From the NCBI GenBank assembly GCA_035221665.1, contig CM069132.1, positions 66,712,001 to 66,776,000 of the forward strand: a stretch of 64,000 nt of DNA, read 5' to 3'. The translations under genes were made by a program, and so were the position numbers. Each line of letters opens with the position of its first letter. Position 1 is the first letter of the stretch. This document shows, piece after piece, positions 13,441 through 26,179 of this stretch. The stretch is from Okamejei kenojei (taxonomy: Eukaryota). Below the pieces are notes generated by a model that was given only the letters and a program-made list of their open reading frames with translations, did not search any database and was not told where the DNA came from.

Positions 13441-14277
13441 AGTAACTCCACTTCATAACAATCCATTGGGATCTGTTGAGAATCAATCCCCATTTTTAAG
13501 TAAAGTACAGTTTACTTTGTTTCTCACTTTTCAGCTCAGATATTACAGATCGGAATGACTCTTGATGAGTTTCAGACAGGTTTTAATACAAATATGTAAT
13601 TTGCATGTGTTTTCTCAGATCAACTCACAATACGTACACAGCCTCAAGCACAGACTTAGACAGTACGAGGAAATGTATTTGTAGTGAGGGGGGAACAATC
13701 TAAATGTGACAGAATTTGAGAATGACAATTCTGAAGAACTTTGGGAAGTCTAAAAAATGAAGATTCTAGCAAGGTGTGACAGGTAACAATGAAAGTGAAA
13801 TAAATCTGCTATATAGATACAAGTTTCTAGGAAAATAACAGCAGTTTAACGTACATTCTGGGATTCAATTTCCTGCATAAAAACAAGGATGTGTCTTTAC
13901 CACAGCATAACATCAAGAGCAATGGAGCAACAGGGGCCATTTATCCTATTTTCACAACTCTGTACATGGAAGGGTTGTGCATTTAATGATTGAGATGTTG
14001 TTCATCAAACCAAGGGTCTCCAGGGCAGGAACTTGAACCGAGTCAGGCTGCATGCAAACCATCCGAGTAAAAACTCAGCATCTGCCTTGCGTTTTATTCG
14101 GATACCGAGTGCAAGATAGAGAAAAGTGTCATATCATCACAACCTAATCAGGTCCCATCACACTGACCCAGTGATCATGAAGGCACATCAGCTTATTTAC
14201 TTTCTTACAGTACATGTCTGAAAAGATTTGGCATCTCCACAAGGATTCCCTCATGCTTCAACAGATGTGCTCTCGAG

Positions 14278-15050
14278 TCTTCTTCTTCTTGCGAATGAAA
14301 CATTAAACAAAGGAATAGTTAGATCTCAAGCCGGGTGTTGAGCAGCCAGGTTGTTGTCTCTGCATTAATGTCTGCCAGGCCCTGAGCTCCATTTGGTGGG
14401 TGGTAGAGCGGACACTCAGAGATGACATGGTTGGCTGTCAGTTGTTCTGGTCCACATTCACAGGTTGGGCTCTGGCGGGGCCCCCATCTCCACATGCTGG
14501 CATTGAAATGCCCAACGCTGGTACAAAGTCTGTTGAGCTTCACCCATGCTCCTCTGGGGAGTCAGACCCTGGACAGCTTTTTTCTGGTGAAGAGATGTAG
14601 CTGTGTAATGGAGATGAGGTTGCCAGGTGTTGACGGAATGCAAGCGACCTGTCCAGCGTTACCCCGAGGTAAGTGGGTGTTTGTTGGAAGTTGAAGCGCC
14701 TGTTGTTAACGAAGACAGCTCGCTCTCGCTTAGCTTCCTTGTTGTTTAGATGGAATGCTGTTGACACTGTTTTGCTCAGCTTTAGACGCCCCTGTGGTAG
14801 GTATACTGCCAAAGTCCCCATGTCTTGACTCAAGGAGCTTTTGTTTGTCTTCCACTCTTTGTGTCTCATCAGTATGACTAGATCGTCAGCTTACCCATAT
14901 TTTCCAGTGGTGGTCTGTAGGAGGTCATGGATATACACGCTGAAAAGCAGTGGAATGAAGATGGATCCCTGTGGGATGCCATTCTTCAGCCTACGTAGCC
15001 TACTTTGCTGTCCGTCACTGGTCTTAAGCACAAGCTGCTGTTTGATATCA
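14278..15050 (-). mobile_element. RTE-X-like LINE 3' fragment with CCHC zinc knuckle and (GAA)n tail
   Basis: YLGVTLDRSLAFRQHL and KLNRLCTSVG..WG...PTCECG..QLTANHVISECP. The tail is CGCAAGAAGAAGAA on the minus strand. Confidence 0.78.
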
Positions 15051-15640
15051 GCTCCATGATGTAGCGTGCCATGTGCCTGTCTGGCAGCACCCGAAGTACC
15101 TTCGAAAGTATTCTGATGGATTGCATCTCAGCCTGGAATGCCAATAGCTCTGCTCATGACTGCCCTCAACACAGCCTAGTTCATCACTTCCTTCCATCCA
15201 GTCCATTCTCATGGTGCAGTGCATCAAGAAGGCTCGAAGTATGTCAAGGCTGCCTGCCACCCTGGACATTCCCTTTTCTCTCTCCTACTTTCTAAAAGAA
15301 GGTACAGGAGCTTGAAAGCCCAGATGTCCATATTTAGGAATATTTTCTTCACCACTGCAATCAGACTCCTGAACCAATTACCTTATACACATCCCATTCT
15401 CAGTGTTGCTGCCCCATACTGTTACCCTTAACTCTGCTTCATTTGCTTATTGTGTTATTGTATTTAAAATGTTTGTACTACTTTGGAATGCTCCATAACC
15501 TTGTGCCATTCTGCTATTTTGCACTTGTCATTGTATTTATCATTACTATGTGTACACTGATTACTCTGTGAGCTCATGCAAACAAGGAGTTTCATTGCAC
15601 CCTGGTGTATATGACAATAGATTAAATTGAATCTGAATTA
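15050..15640 (+). mobile_element. Rex1-like LINE 3' end
   Basis: HPGHSLFSLLLSKRRYRSLKA...FRNIFFTTAIRLLN followed by a 3'UTR. Confidence 0.7.
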
Positions 15641-18600
15641 TACTGTTCTCTTCCAGAAAAAAAGCTTATCACGTAGAATATTATTCTTTAATCTAGATTG
15701 TGAAAATGTTATCTTGCAATCATATTGCATCTCAAAAATAGTACATTGTTCAAAATGAAAATTATTTATTGTTTATTTTCACTTCACAAAATAGTGAAGC
15801 ATCCTAAATATATATTAGAAAGGTAGCTTGCCAAAGGTACATTAATAGTTCCTTTCTTAGCAGCACCTCCCCCTCCAATCTCACATGCACTACCAGCATG
15901 AGCACTGGATGATGGACAAAGTTTACCCTGGAAAGACTCCAGCTGTGAAAATGTTGCTGCACGTACAGGTGGCTGGAGTGGTTCCAAGGTGAATTCAATC
16001 AGATTGCACTTACCTACATAAATAATGTTGTTCACCGCCAGGGAGTGATGCCAGTAGTGTCATGTATCCAATACAAGTACAGCAGCTCTTCTCTCAAGAA
16101 ATATTGAAAGCCTGTTCCCAGATTTAATGCTGCACAATTTGTCCATACAAGTGAAGAGAAACTGTATTTTCGAAAGCCACCAAAAGCACAGTAAAGCTTT
16201 GTTTTAACAGACCCCTTTATAATGAATGTTGATAATAGCGGATGGACCTGCTGATGCCACCATGGCTACTGACCCCACCCCTGGCATGCAAGCTCTTCTT
16301 CACCCACTGAATGGTATTTTTTCCTCTCAACCCCATTCTCTTGCCTTCTCCCATTGACATCCTTGCTAATTAAGAACCTATTAATCTCCTTTTTTAAAAT
16401 ACCTAATGACAAAGAGGATTCCCATTCTTTCCAGGCATCCACCAGTGGACATGCAGACCATAAATTAGTTGAGATTATCTTGTTTAGGAGCTCCTATGGC
16501 AGGTCTCTCTCTGATGGTGATTTGTAGATAGCAGAGGTAAGGACGGCAGCACAAGATAGTACTCAGTGGCCACAGGGCTCCCCAAGCTCTGCTCTATTGG
16601 ACAATTGTTGCATCTTGGTGCTGACAATAAATCAGATACAACTTGAGCAGAAGCAGAAAATGTGTAAAGAGACAGCATTCTGGATAAAAAAACCTTCTGC
16701 TGACTCCCTCTTTCTGGCAGCAGGCTGCTGGCATTTAGCTGTTCTTTCACTGCTGCTAGTGGTCACCTCGTTCCTTAGTGGAGGTGCACTTTCATGCAGC
16801 TTTGGCAGCTCCTGCACTGATCTGTCAGAGGACTTGGGAACCAGATCAAAGTGTAGATAACATCTCCAAAGTGTGCAGAATTCCTCTCAGCACACACCCA
16901 AAACAAACCCGTTCCCACAAGCAGTTAAGAAAACAATTGCAGTAGAGAGTGCTTACTGGCATATTTTACCTCCATGGCTTCAACTATTTCAATCTCCACT
17001 TTGTTCTTGGCTTGTATTTAGCTGCAAGTTCTGTGAAACCCTGAAATCCCATAGATTCAGCCGACAATCCGTGTTTCCAAAGGGAACTCCTCAGATTCAA
17101 TGCAAAAGTGAAGGGCAGATATCGAAAGCTTGGAGCCAACTTTCTGACACGCTCAACAATTTGTTTACTGTAAGCCCCTTCCCACATCCAATCCCACTCA
17201 CTCTCCAAATGAATACAATTTGTCCACTTGGGCGTATCTGATGAAATCAACTTCCGACTAAATTCTGTCACACGTTGTGTATTAAGTGAATGGCGAAATA
17301 AGATAATAATTGTAAAAAGTATTCAAAGAATACAATCCCAATGTTGCAGTAATGCAAGGGAAATCACAAAACCCAGGCGTTTTCTTTGAAAGCTCAGTAA
17401 AACGTCACCCTTTCCTTCTCTCCAGAGATGCTGCCTCTGCCAAATGACTCCAGTATTTTGTGTCTTTCTTCGATTTAAACCAGCATCTGCAGTTCGTTCC
17501 TAAACAAATGTTGTATCCTTACAATAACGTTAATTAGAAGAAATAAACCAAATATATATTAAAATGGTATAAAACCTGATCAAAACAAACAGATAGCACC
17601 TAAATCCTGACTGAAGGAAGCTGCCAACAGCTGGATTAGGTTCAAGTGCACTTGACCATATGCCAGACATTTTCAAGGTTGATCATACGACGCAGGAGGA
17701 AGTTGGAGAGGTTCAATCGCAGCACTTCAAACAGCAACATTCCATCTGGAGACCAGTGTGGTGACTGAACCTCTTACTCTGAACACTTGACTGGGACTGA
17801 TCACTGAGAGTCTGCAAGAATGCACGACTTGAAACAAATACATGGCGCTTCTTACTAAAGAGAAGGGTTGCAGCCTGGGTCACTCGCTAGTTTCCCTTGG
17901 CCTGATTAAACTGATTTACTGTGATATACAGGGTAGCCATGCATGCCCTAGATTTTGTATCCTGCAGTCGGTCAATAATTCTATAGTGATTTAATTAATA
18001 CCAGTTAAGTAACATTTGAATTAATCCATGACACTATTCCATTGACTCCAGTATATTCACAACTGCAAACACATCTTCCTCAAAGACGCACAATTGTTCT
18101 TAATAGCCACAATATGTTTTTCTTCCACATAAGATACCAATTGAAATTTGGACTTGTTCCACTTCTCCTTACACCTGGGCTACTGCATTCAATTCCCAAG
18201 GGCTTCCAGAATCCAGCATGAAAATAGCTTAACTTCTGGTAGCTAAGCTGAAATGACAACTTTAGTTTTTATACAGGTAATTATCTGTTCCAAACAAATT
18301 GGCACCTTTGCATAAATAAGATATGAATATTGGTCATTTAATTTTTCCGAAGTTCATTTTAAGAGCCTATTATTTCAGTTTAAATAAATCCTCAATATCT
18401 TATCACACAAAGCCATTAATTTCGGAGATGCATTTCTATTTGACCGTCTTTCACATTAATAAATTTGCTCACTTTTGAACCTATCAGTGCTTGAGGCCCT
18501 CTGGCTGGGCAGACCAAAGAGTATAGACATTAAAAGGAAATAAAATTAATGAGGCAGAGCCAGAAACAAGGAGGAGTGACCTGCACCAGGAGTCGTTTGC

Positions 18601-18876
18601 TTCTAAAGTTGTCAGTAGCAAGCTGAAGGACAGAACTCTGTTTTAGGTTATAAAAGCCAACATTAGAGTTATGCAAAATTAAAAATGAATGGTAGCTGGG
18701 TCAGAGGTAGGGAAGCTGCCAGAGTTAGGTGTCTTTTCTAATAAATGTAACAAACTGCATCTCCTGTCAATTTGCCCCCATCATCTTTACAGCTCAACCC
18801 TGGCAATAGTGTCATAAGAATTGTTTTATATAATTGCTCTTGCACATCCAATCAAGTCAATTATACCGTCAGAAAA

Positions 18877-19085
18877 TCAATCAATCAATCAATCAATCAA
18901 TCTTATTCGTCACTTACACATAAAGTGCAAGTGAAATGAATTTGCCAGCTGCGGTACAATGAAAAAGAACACACAAAAACACAATAAGAATTTAACATAA
19001 ACATCCATCACAGCATTCATCACTGTGGTGGAAGGCATAAAATTTGGCCAGTTCTCCTCCATTTTCCCCAGTGGTCGGGGCCTCA
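18877..19085 (-). repeat. 3' end of a non-autonomous retroelement with (ATTG)n tail
   Basis: (TCAA)n array; adjacent sequence related to 39833-40550 and about 47040-47450. Confidence 0.55.
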
Positions 19086-21895
19086 TTGGAAAACAGTATT
19101 AGTACAAAATATTTGTTCTAGCTCCTGACCATATAACTTTGCCATTTATCATACTGAATGCCAACTGCCAATTATAAACCTAAATCTACTCAAAGCAACT
19201 CTTCTAACCTTTGCAAAGAACTGATATGAAAACATAACTATTAAATACTCAAGGAGAAAATCAAACCTCAAAATGACAATGTTTAATAAATATGTAGACC
19301 ATGCCAACTGAAAATGTAGTTATCTTACTTCTTAATTTGTGTTGCAAATAATATCTACAACTTCTATGACCTATCCAATTTTAATGGGTAATCTTTCATG
19401 GAATAACATATTAATTTGCCCAATATGTGGAGAATTTATCAAAATAAAGTTCATGATGACATAATTAAACGTAGAAATAAAAAAGTCAGCAAATATATCT
19501 CTCTACCTTGGAAAAGTTTATATTCCCGAAAGGTTTTAAACATATTCATTAATAAGATAAAATCTGCTGTAATATTGGATTATTATTGCCTAATTCTATG
19601 TTTATAGGTTACACAATTAACCCCCCCCCCCCCACCCCACTTCCCCTCACCCCGGGAGCAAGACTACATCTTGAATGTGGATGAAAGTCGAATTCTGCAT
19701 TTACTGATAAACAGAAACTACGTAGCTTGCTTATCAAACCAGGTGCACACATATAGCCACAGCCACCATTAGGTAGATGCAAAACCAGAAGGTTCTGAAG
19801 CCATTAGATATTTATAAGTGAGAAGTGGTCTCAATATTTTTGACCTCATGAGCCACAGATCAGGAAAATTAATTCTAAGAATGAATTACCAGCTACTGGT
19901 CTATTTAGGTGAGCTATCCACACAGGTAAAACCACATGTTGAAACACGGCAGTGCAGATGCCAGATTACACAAAAGGACACAAAGTGCTGGCGTAGCTCA
20001 GTGTCTCTGAAGAACATGGATAGATGATGGTTTGGGCCGAAACCCTCCACCACATGTTTCCAGGTGTTTATTCAGAAGTACTCTAACAAATTGTGTTCAG
20101 TTAAGCAGATACATTGATGATCACTGCCAGGGGTTTAGAGAGAAGCAGAATCCACCACATCTTCCAGCAGAGATGAAACCAGTTTGGAAAGACAGCAGCA
20201 ATGTTCAGAGAACCATGACAATATTAATTTACAATTTATGTTTCAAAAGTATTTTTCAAAAGTATCCAGCAGGAGTTAGGCACAACGCTGAGGACATTTA
20301 AAAATATTACCTTTGCACTCCGGAGAAACAAATGAGAAAAACTGGTCTGGGTATATTTAAAGCGTTTAATTAGCAGAACTTTCAATTTTGATATATTTTG
20401 TTAATTATCTTTTTTTGCAGCATGCTCCAATAATTAAAAAAAAACAGAAGCAGATCAAACTGCAATGTTTGTTTTATTGTCAAATGCATCCATTTTACCA
20501 AGATATCAGTATCCATGAAACTGCTACAAGCATCCACATCAGTCAAACTAATTGAAATTAGTTTTCCCAGCTGCTTGTTCAACAGAAAACAATTTCAGAA
20601 TGAAAGCCATCTAACTTACTACTTGGAGGGACTTATATTCACAGAAGATGACTTGTCCATCTCTAATTCCCCTGGCGAGTCACACATGACAATTAATAGA
20701 TTCTCTGATGTGTGTACCACATTTAGGATGGAAATCTGCATCTTCAATCTCTGCTACTTGGTTCAATGTTTACCAGCTTTGATAAAAACAAGTAAAGGCT
20801 TGGTCACTGTACTTTGTGTGTTTCTGGACCAGTGGACTGCTCAGCTTGAACTCAAAATTGTCCATCTTATATCCCCTTAAATCTCTTCTTTATAGTTGTG
20901 AAGGATGGATCAAGTACTGAAAGCAGGAGTGGAGATTGGACAAAGACCATTCTAAACATCTTGAAAAAATTCTTAGTCACTTGTAACCGATAGAACACCA
21001 ACAAGAGGATCTGCCTGTGGAATGGACTAGACCTGCTGAAGGTCACACTGGATGGGACACCTGGAACATGTGCTTGAGGACCATCTGTCCAGCATCAAAT
21101 ATCATAGACAACTCAAGAGCCACCCATAGTATGGAAAACGACAGCACCAATTCAGCCATATGATCAAGGAGACCTCAAGGAATTCAAGTGAGATAACAGC
21201 TGAATGCTGTTTTTTACTGCTCAGCCTGCAGAAACAGAATCATTTTGACTGCCGTCAGAGATCAGACTATGGCTGAATCACAAGTTTGATTACTGCTCCT
21301 TATGAGTGTAACCTGTGGAAATGCTTGCAATTCATTCATCTGCCTCTTCTCACACAGCACACTCAAGTATTACTGGCCATATCCTGTCATCACTCCAGTC
21401 TACTAATTCCCCAGAAGCCACCTGATCAACTTCAGTTCCCAGTATTGGAATATTTAAATTTTAAAGTGCTCATCCTTTTGTTTCCCACCAGTCTCCAAAC
21501 TCCACACCTCTGCCTACCTCATCAGGCTCTATTATCTCCCCTCATACATCAGGTGGCCATCCCTTTGCCTCTACAGATGCTGCCTGACCCACTGAGCTCT
21601 TCATGCAGTTTGTTTTTGGCTCTGGATTCAAACATCTGCAATCGTTCGTGTCTCATCACCTTATATACTCAGTTATCAACCATGGAATGGGAGCCATCAC
21701 CTCTACTGCTCCCAATAACAACAACTCAACAGTAATCTGGTCACTGTTGCTCAACTTGGCCTCTGCTAGGAGCACCTAACTCTGAACCTCTTTATTGCCA
21801 TGCTTCAGACATGGACAAGAGGGCTGAATTCCAGGAAGTAAAGTGATTGTCTTTAATCCCTTGACATCTGGGTCTCAAGACCTTCCACAGTAGTT

Positions 21896-22220
21896 TAGGG
21901 TGACAGTGGCGAAGCTGGTAAATATGCAGCCTCACAGCTGCAGAGACTTGGGTTCAATCCTGACCATGGGTGCTGTCTGTGTGAAGTTTGCACATTTTTG
22001 TTGTGACCACGTGGGTTTCCTCAAGGTGCTCTGGTTTCTTCCCATATCCTAAAGACGTGCAGATTTATAGGTTAATTGACCTCTGTAAATTGCCCTGGGT
22101 GCATAAGGGAGTGGATGAGAAAGTGGGATAACATACAATGAAGGTGAACGGGTGATCGATGGTCATCACAGACTCAGTGGGCTGAAGGGTATGGTTCCAT
22201 GCTGTATCCCTAAACTAAAA
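21896..22220 (+). mobile_element. V-SINE (HE1-like)
   Basis: Same head, core and tail as the copy at 5205. Confidence 0.85.
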
Positions 22221-22402
22221 TTACACAAAGTGTGGCATCAATCAGTACTGGTACAACTTAAGTCATGGATCAGGGGAACATTTTCACTGGCAGCAGTTAA
22301 ACTTAGGACTGAGAAAGATTGCTGGCGTTGTAAATTATTCCCTCTCAACTCCAGGACATCACTGCAGAGGTTTCCAAGGGCTTGGTCCCACATCAAATCG
22401 TA

Positions 22403-23640
22403 TTATATCTGGATGTGTTATATCTGGACTTTCAGAAGGCTTTCGAGGATGTGTTATATCTGGACTTTCAGAAGGCTTTCGACAAGGTCCCACATAAGAG
22501 ATTAGTATGCAAACATAAAGCACACGGTAATGGGGGTTCAGTATTGATGTGGATAGAGAACTGGCTGGCAGACAGGAAGCAAAGAGTAGGAGTAAACGGG
22601 TCCTTTTCAGAATGGCAGGCAGTGACTAGTGGGGTATCGCAAGGCTCAGTGCTGGGACCCCAGCTATTTACAATATATATTAATGATTTGGACGAGGGAA
22701 TTGAATGCAACATCTATATGTTTGCGGATGACACAAAGTTGGGGGGCAGTGGTAGCTGTGAGGTGGATGCTAGGAGGCTGCAAGGTGACTTTGATAGGTT
22801 GGGTGAATGCATGGAAGATGCAGTATAATGTGGATAAATATGAGGTTATCCACATTGGTGGCAAAAACAGGAAAGTAGATTATTATTTGAATGGTGGCCG
22901 ATTAGGAAAAGGGGAGATGCAACGAGACCTAGGTGTCATGGTACACCAGTCATTGAAGGTAGGCTTGCAGGTGCAGCAGGCAGTGAAGAAAGCGAATGGT
23001 ATGTTGGCATTCGTAGCAAAAGGATTTGAGTATAGGATCAGGGAGGTTCTACTGCAGTTGTACAGGGTCTTGGTGAGACCGCACCTGGAGTATTGCATAC
23101 ATGTTTGGTCTCCTAATCTGAGGAAAGACATTCTTGCCATAGAGGGAGTACAGAGAAGGTTCACCAGGATATCAGGACTTTTATATGAAGAAAGACTGGA
23201 TAGACTCGGCATGTACTCGCTAGAATTTAGGAAATTGAGGGGAGATCTTATAGAGACTTACAAAATTCTTAAGGGGTTGGACAGGCTAGATGCAGGAAGA
23301 TTGTTCCCAATGTTGGGGAAGTCCAGAACAAGGGGTCACAGTTTCAGGATAAGGGGGAAGTCTTTTACGACCGAGATGAGAAAAACATTTTTCATACAGA
23401 GAGTGGTGAATCTCTGGAATTATCTGCCACAGAAGGTAGTTGAGGCCAGTTCATTGGCTATATTTAAGAGGGAGTTAGATGTGGGCCTTGTGGCTAAGCG
23501 GATCAGGGGGTATGGAGAGAAGGCAGGTACGGGAGGGATACTGAGTTGGATGATCAGCCATGATCATATTGAATGGCGGTGCAGGCTCGAAGGGCCAAAT
23601 GGCCTACTCCTGCACCTATTTTCTATGTCTATGTTTCTAT
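22403..23640 (+). mobile_element. Young 5'-truncated CR1/HER1 LINE (RT C-terminal part and 3' tail)
   Basis: YLDFQKAFDKVPH, SGVSQGSVLGPQLF, MFADDTKLGG and RPHLEYC; one frameshift near 22800; tail ttctatgtctatgtttctat. Confidence 0.93.
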
Positions 23641-25855
23641 TCAATTGGTGTGTCAATGCACTGTTCCCTGTCATGTCAAAGTCAAACATTGGAATGTTTA
23701 TTGGTGTTACAGTGTTCCATTTTCTATTCAAACCCTTCAATAAAGATCATGACTGTTTGACAGTTCGGACTAACATCTGGGCATGGACTGCCAAGTGGCA
23801 AGAAATATTCTCCTAACAAATTCCAAGAGAGATCATCTGAAACTACCACAATTCTAACAACATCCTTCCTATTCCACCTACCACATTCAAAGCATTACCC
23901 TTGTCAAGTTCCACCATCATCATCATCTGAAGGTCGTCATTAATTAGAAACGTTTTCCCCCAGGATGGAAAAATCAAATGCTAGTAGCTATAAGGTGAGA
24001 GGCAAAAGATTTAAAGGAGATTTGTGGGGCAACTTTAAAATAAATACACAGAGGGTTGTGAGTGCCTGGTACCCACTGCCAGGGTTGGCGGTTGAGGCAG
24101 ATATAATAGTGGCATTTGAGGATCTTGGATAGGCACATGTATATTCAGGGAATGGACAGATAGATAAGAGGGTCTTGGCATCTTCACCACAAACATTGTG
24201 CTATGTTGTTCTATATTTGCTGGACCAGCTAATATGCAGTGCGGTTACAAAAGCAAGCTGGAGGTTTGGACTCTACATTGAATAATTCATCCGATTTTCA
24301 AAAAGGCTTACCACCATTAAATTACATGTCAATGTGTTGTAAATTATCTACACTCGCTTGGATGAGTGCAGCTCCAAGCTTGGCATGATACTAGACAAAG
24401 CAGCAGCTGAATTAGCACACACTCATCACTCCAAGTAATCCCTCTCTCCACTATTAGTGCAACAGCAATATAGCTGCAGTACATCCCAGTTACAAGATTC
24501 ATTGCATCACCTCTAGGGTACTTCAACAGTGCGTCCAAACCAGCGACCTCTGCACTGAGGATAGATGTGACAGTTGTACAACTTGCCACTTCCTGCAGCC
24601 CTCCCCCCCTCCAAATCCCACAACAGACTTGAAAACATATTACCAAATCTTCACTCTGACTCAAACTCCCGACCTAATAATATTGTTAAAATATCATTAT
24701 CATATGGACCGGAACAGTTCAAGCAGATCAATCAACAGCACCAACAGGAAAGGAAAAATAGATGTTAGCCATGCCCCCGACACCCACATCACATGGATGT
24801 ATACAAAAAGCCAATGTTATCACGATTTTCATGGTTAACTGCACTAGTTCCATTAAACCTGCATTTTTAATTTTTGTCAGTGAAACAAATTCTAATGATA
24901 TATTCCTCCTATATACTCCTCACTCCTAGTTATTCAAGCCAAAACACTTTCCTGAAACTCTTCTGTTCATAGTTGAGATACACTTACAATGGTATTGCGC
25001 AGGAAAACATATTGTTTCATGCAAGCAACAATGAATGAAAGGCAACATATCCTAATGTGACGTGGGACTTTGAATGAAATCCTAAGGTCATGCCTCCCAT
25101 GACTGCTCTTTCTGTCCTTCAGTTGACAGCCATTGACTAAGGCTGGGAATTGTTGATTTCATTGATCCATCTTCACTGAGGATCACGAATGTAAGCTCCA
25201 CATCGAAACAATCAGGTTCAAAAGGACATTTAGACCCTCATCACCTCATCGCACTGGATGTTTCCCCTTCACTCTTTCAATCCAGGGGAAGGGTCTCGAC
25301 CCAAACTATCATCTGTTCATTCCCCTCCATAGATGCCGTCAGACCTGTCGAGTTCCTCCAGCATTTGCTTAATGCTAAGATGATGCTTTGTACAATAAAC
25401 TGGATGAAAATGCACAAGCATTCTGTGAGATTATGTTGGCTTCATATTTTGTGCATTGCAACACTTGTGCAGGCTTGCATACAAAGTGACTGATGGATAG
25501 GAGTGCTATCATAGTCAAGTTAATACTACATTTAACATTGGGACAGTTGCTCCAACACAAAGCATTGCTCACAGAGTGAACAGGTCAGGAAATTACGAGC
25601 TTGATCATGAAATAAATCTTAATTTAAAAAAAAAAATGACATTCCATTTATACATATCGTTGATGAATTTTGGATTCTACACAACTAATTGAACTGAAAT
25701 GGATGCAACTACAAAAATAACATTCACGGTCGACCAAAAACAATAACATTTTACAAATCAGTGCGCTTTTTGGAAATAGACGACTTGCTATCCCTCTTTA
25801 ACCCACTCCATTCATGTTTAGTTAGTGCAGTTAAAAAACAATTGGTTTGACTCAC

Positions 25856-26179
25856 CAAGCCTTTGCATGTGGAAAGTGCCACTGAAGAGTTGTTGTGCGA
25901 CATTAGAGCACCTTGGTAGAAGCACAGCTCCTCTGGTTGATAATGCTCCACAGGATTTCAAGCCTCGTTTCCCAAAAGTCTGAACCATAAATCCAGGAGG
26001 AATTAGGCCTTCAGAAGTCCTTAGCTCCACATGAAATTCCTGACCAAAGCCATTGAGTTTGAAGTAGAGAGATTCACCACCAAGATAAGTCGATCGCTTC
26101 TTTCGTTGCTGATGGATTACCATGTGAGAGATGTAATCACCACTGCTGTCAGCCTCATACGGAGTCACAATTTCATAAT
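25856..26179 (-). CDS. ADAMTS16: ADAMTS16 exon 3 (M12B propeptide with RKKR furin-type site); +1 frameshift near 25953
   Basis: Acceptor ttcttctgcag| and donor TTG|gtgagt. Reads DYEIVTPYEADSSGDYISHMVIHQQRKKRS...LRTSEGLIPPGFMVQTFGKRGLKS, then in the shifted frame VEHYQPEELCFYQGALMSHNNSSVALSTCKGL. From recall this is closer to the ADAMTS16 prodomain (LRTS..PGF..KSV..PE.CFYQG.L.SH.NSSVALSTC.GL) than to ADAMTS18. Confidence 0.9.

Noticed and set aside
16484-17271. Cluster of overlapping 60-120 aa ORFs in intron 3, considered as exon 4 or a retrocopy
   Set aside because: No ADAMTS or other recognisable motif in the frames I translated.
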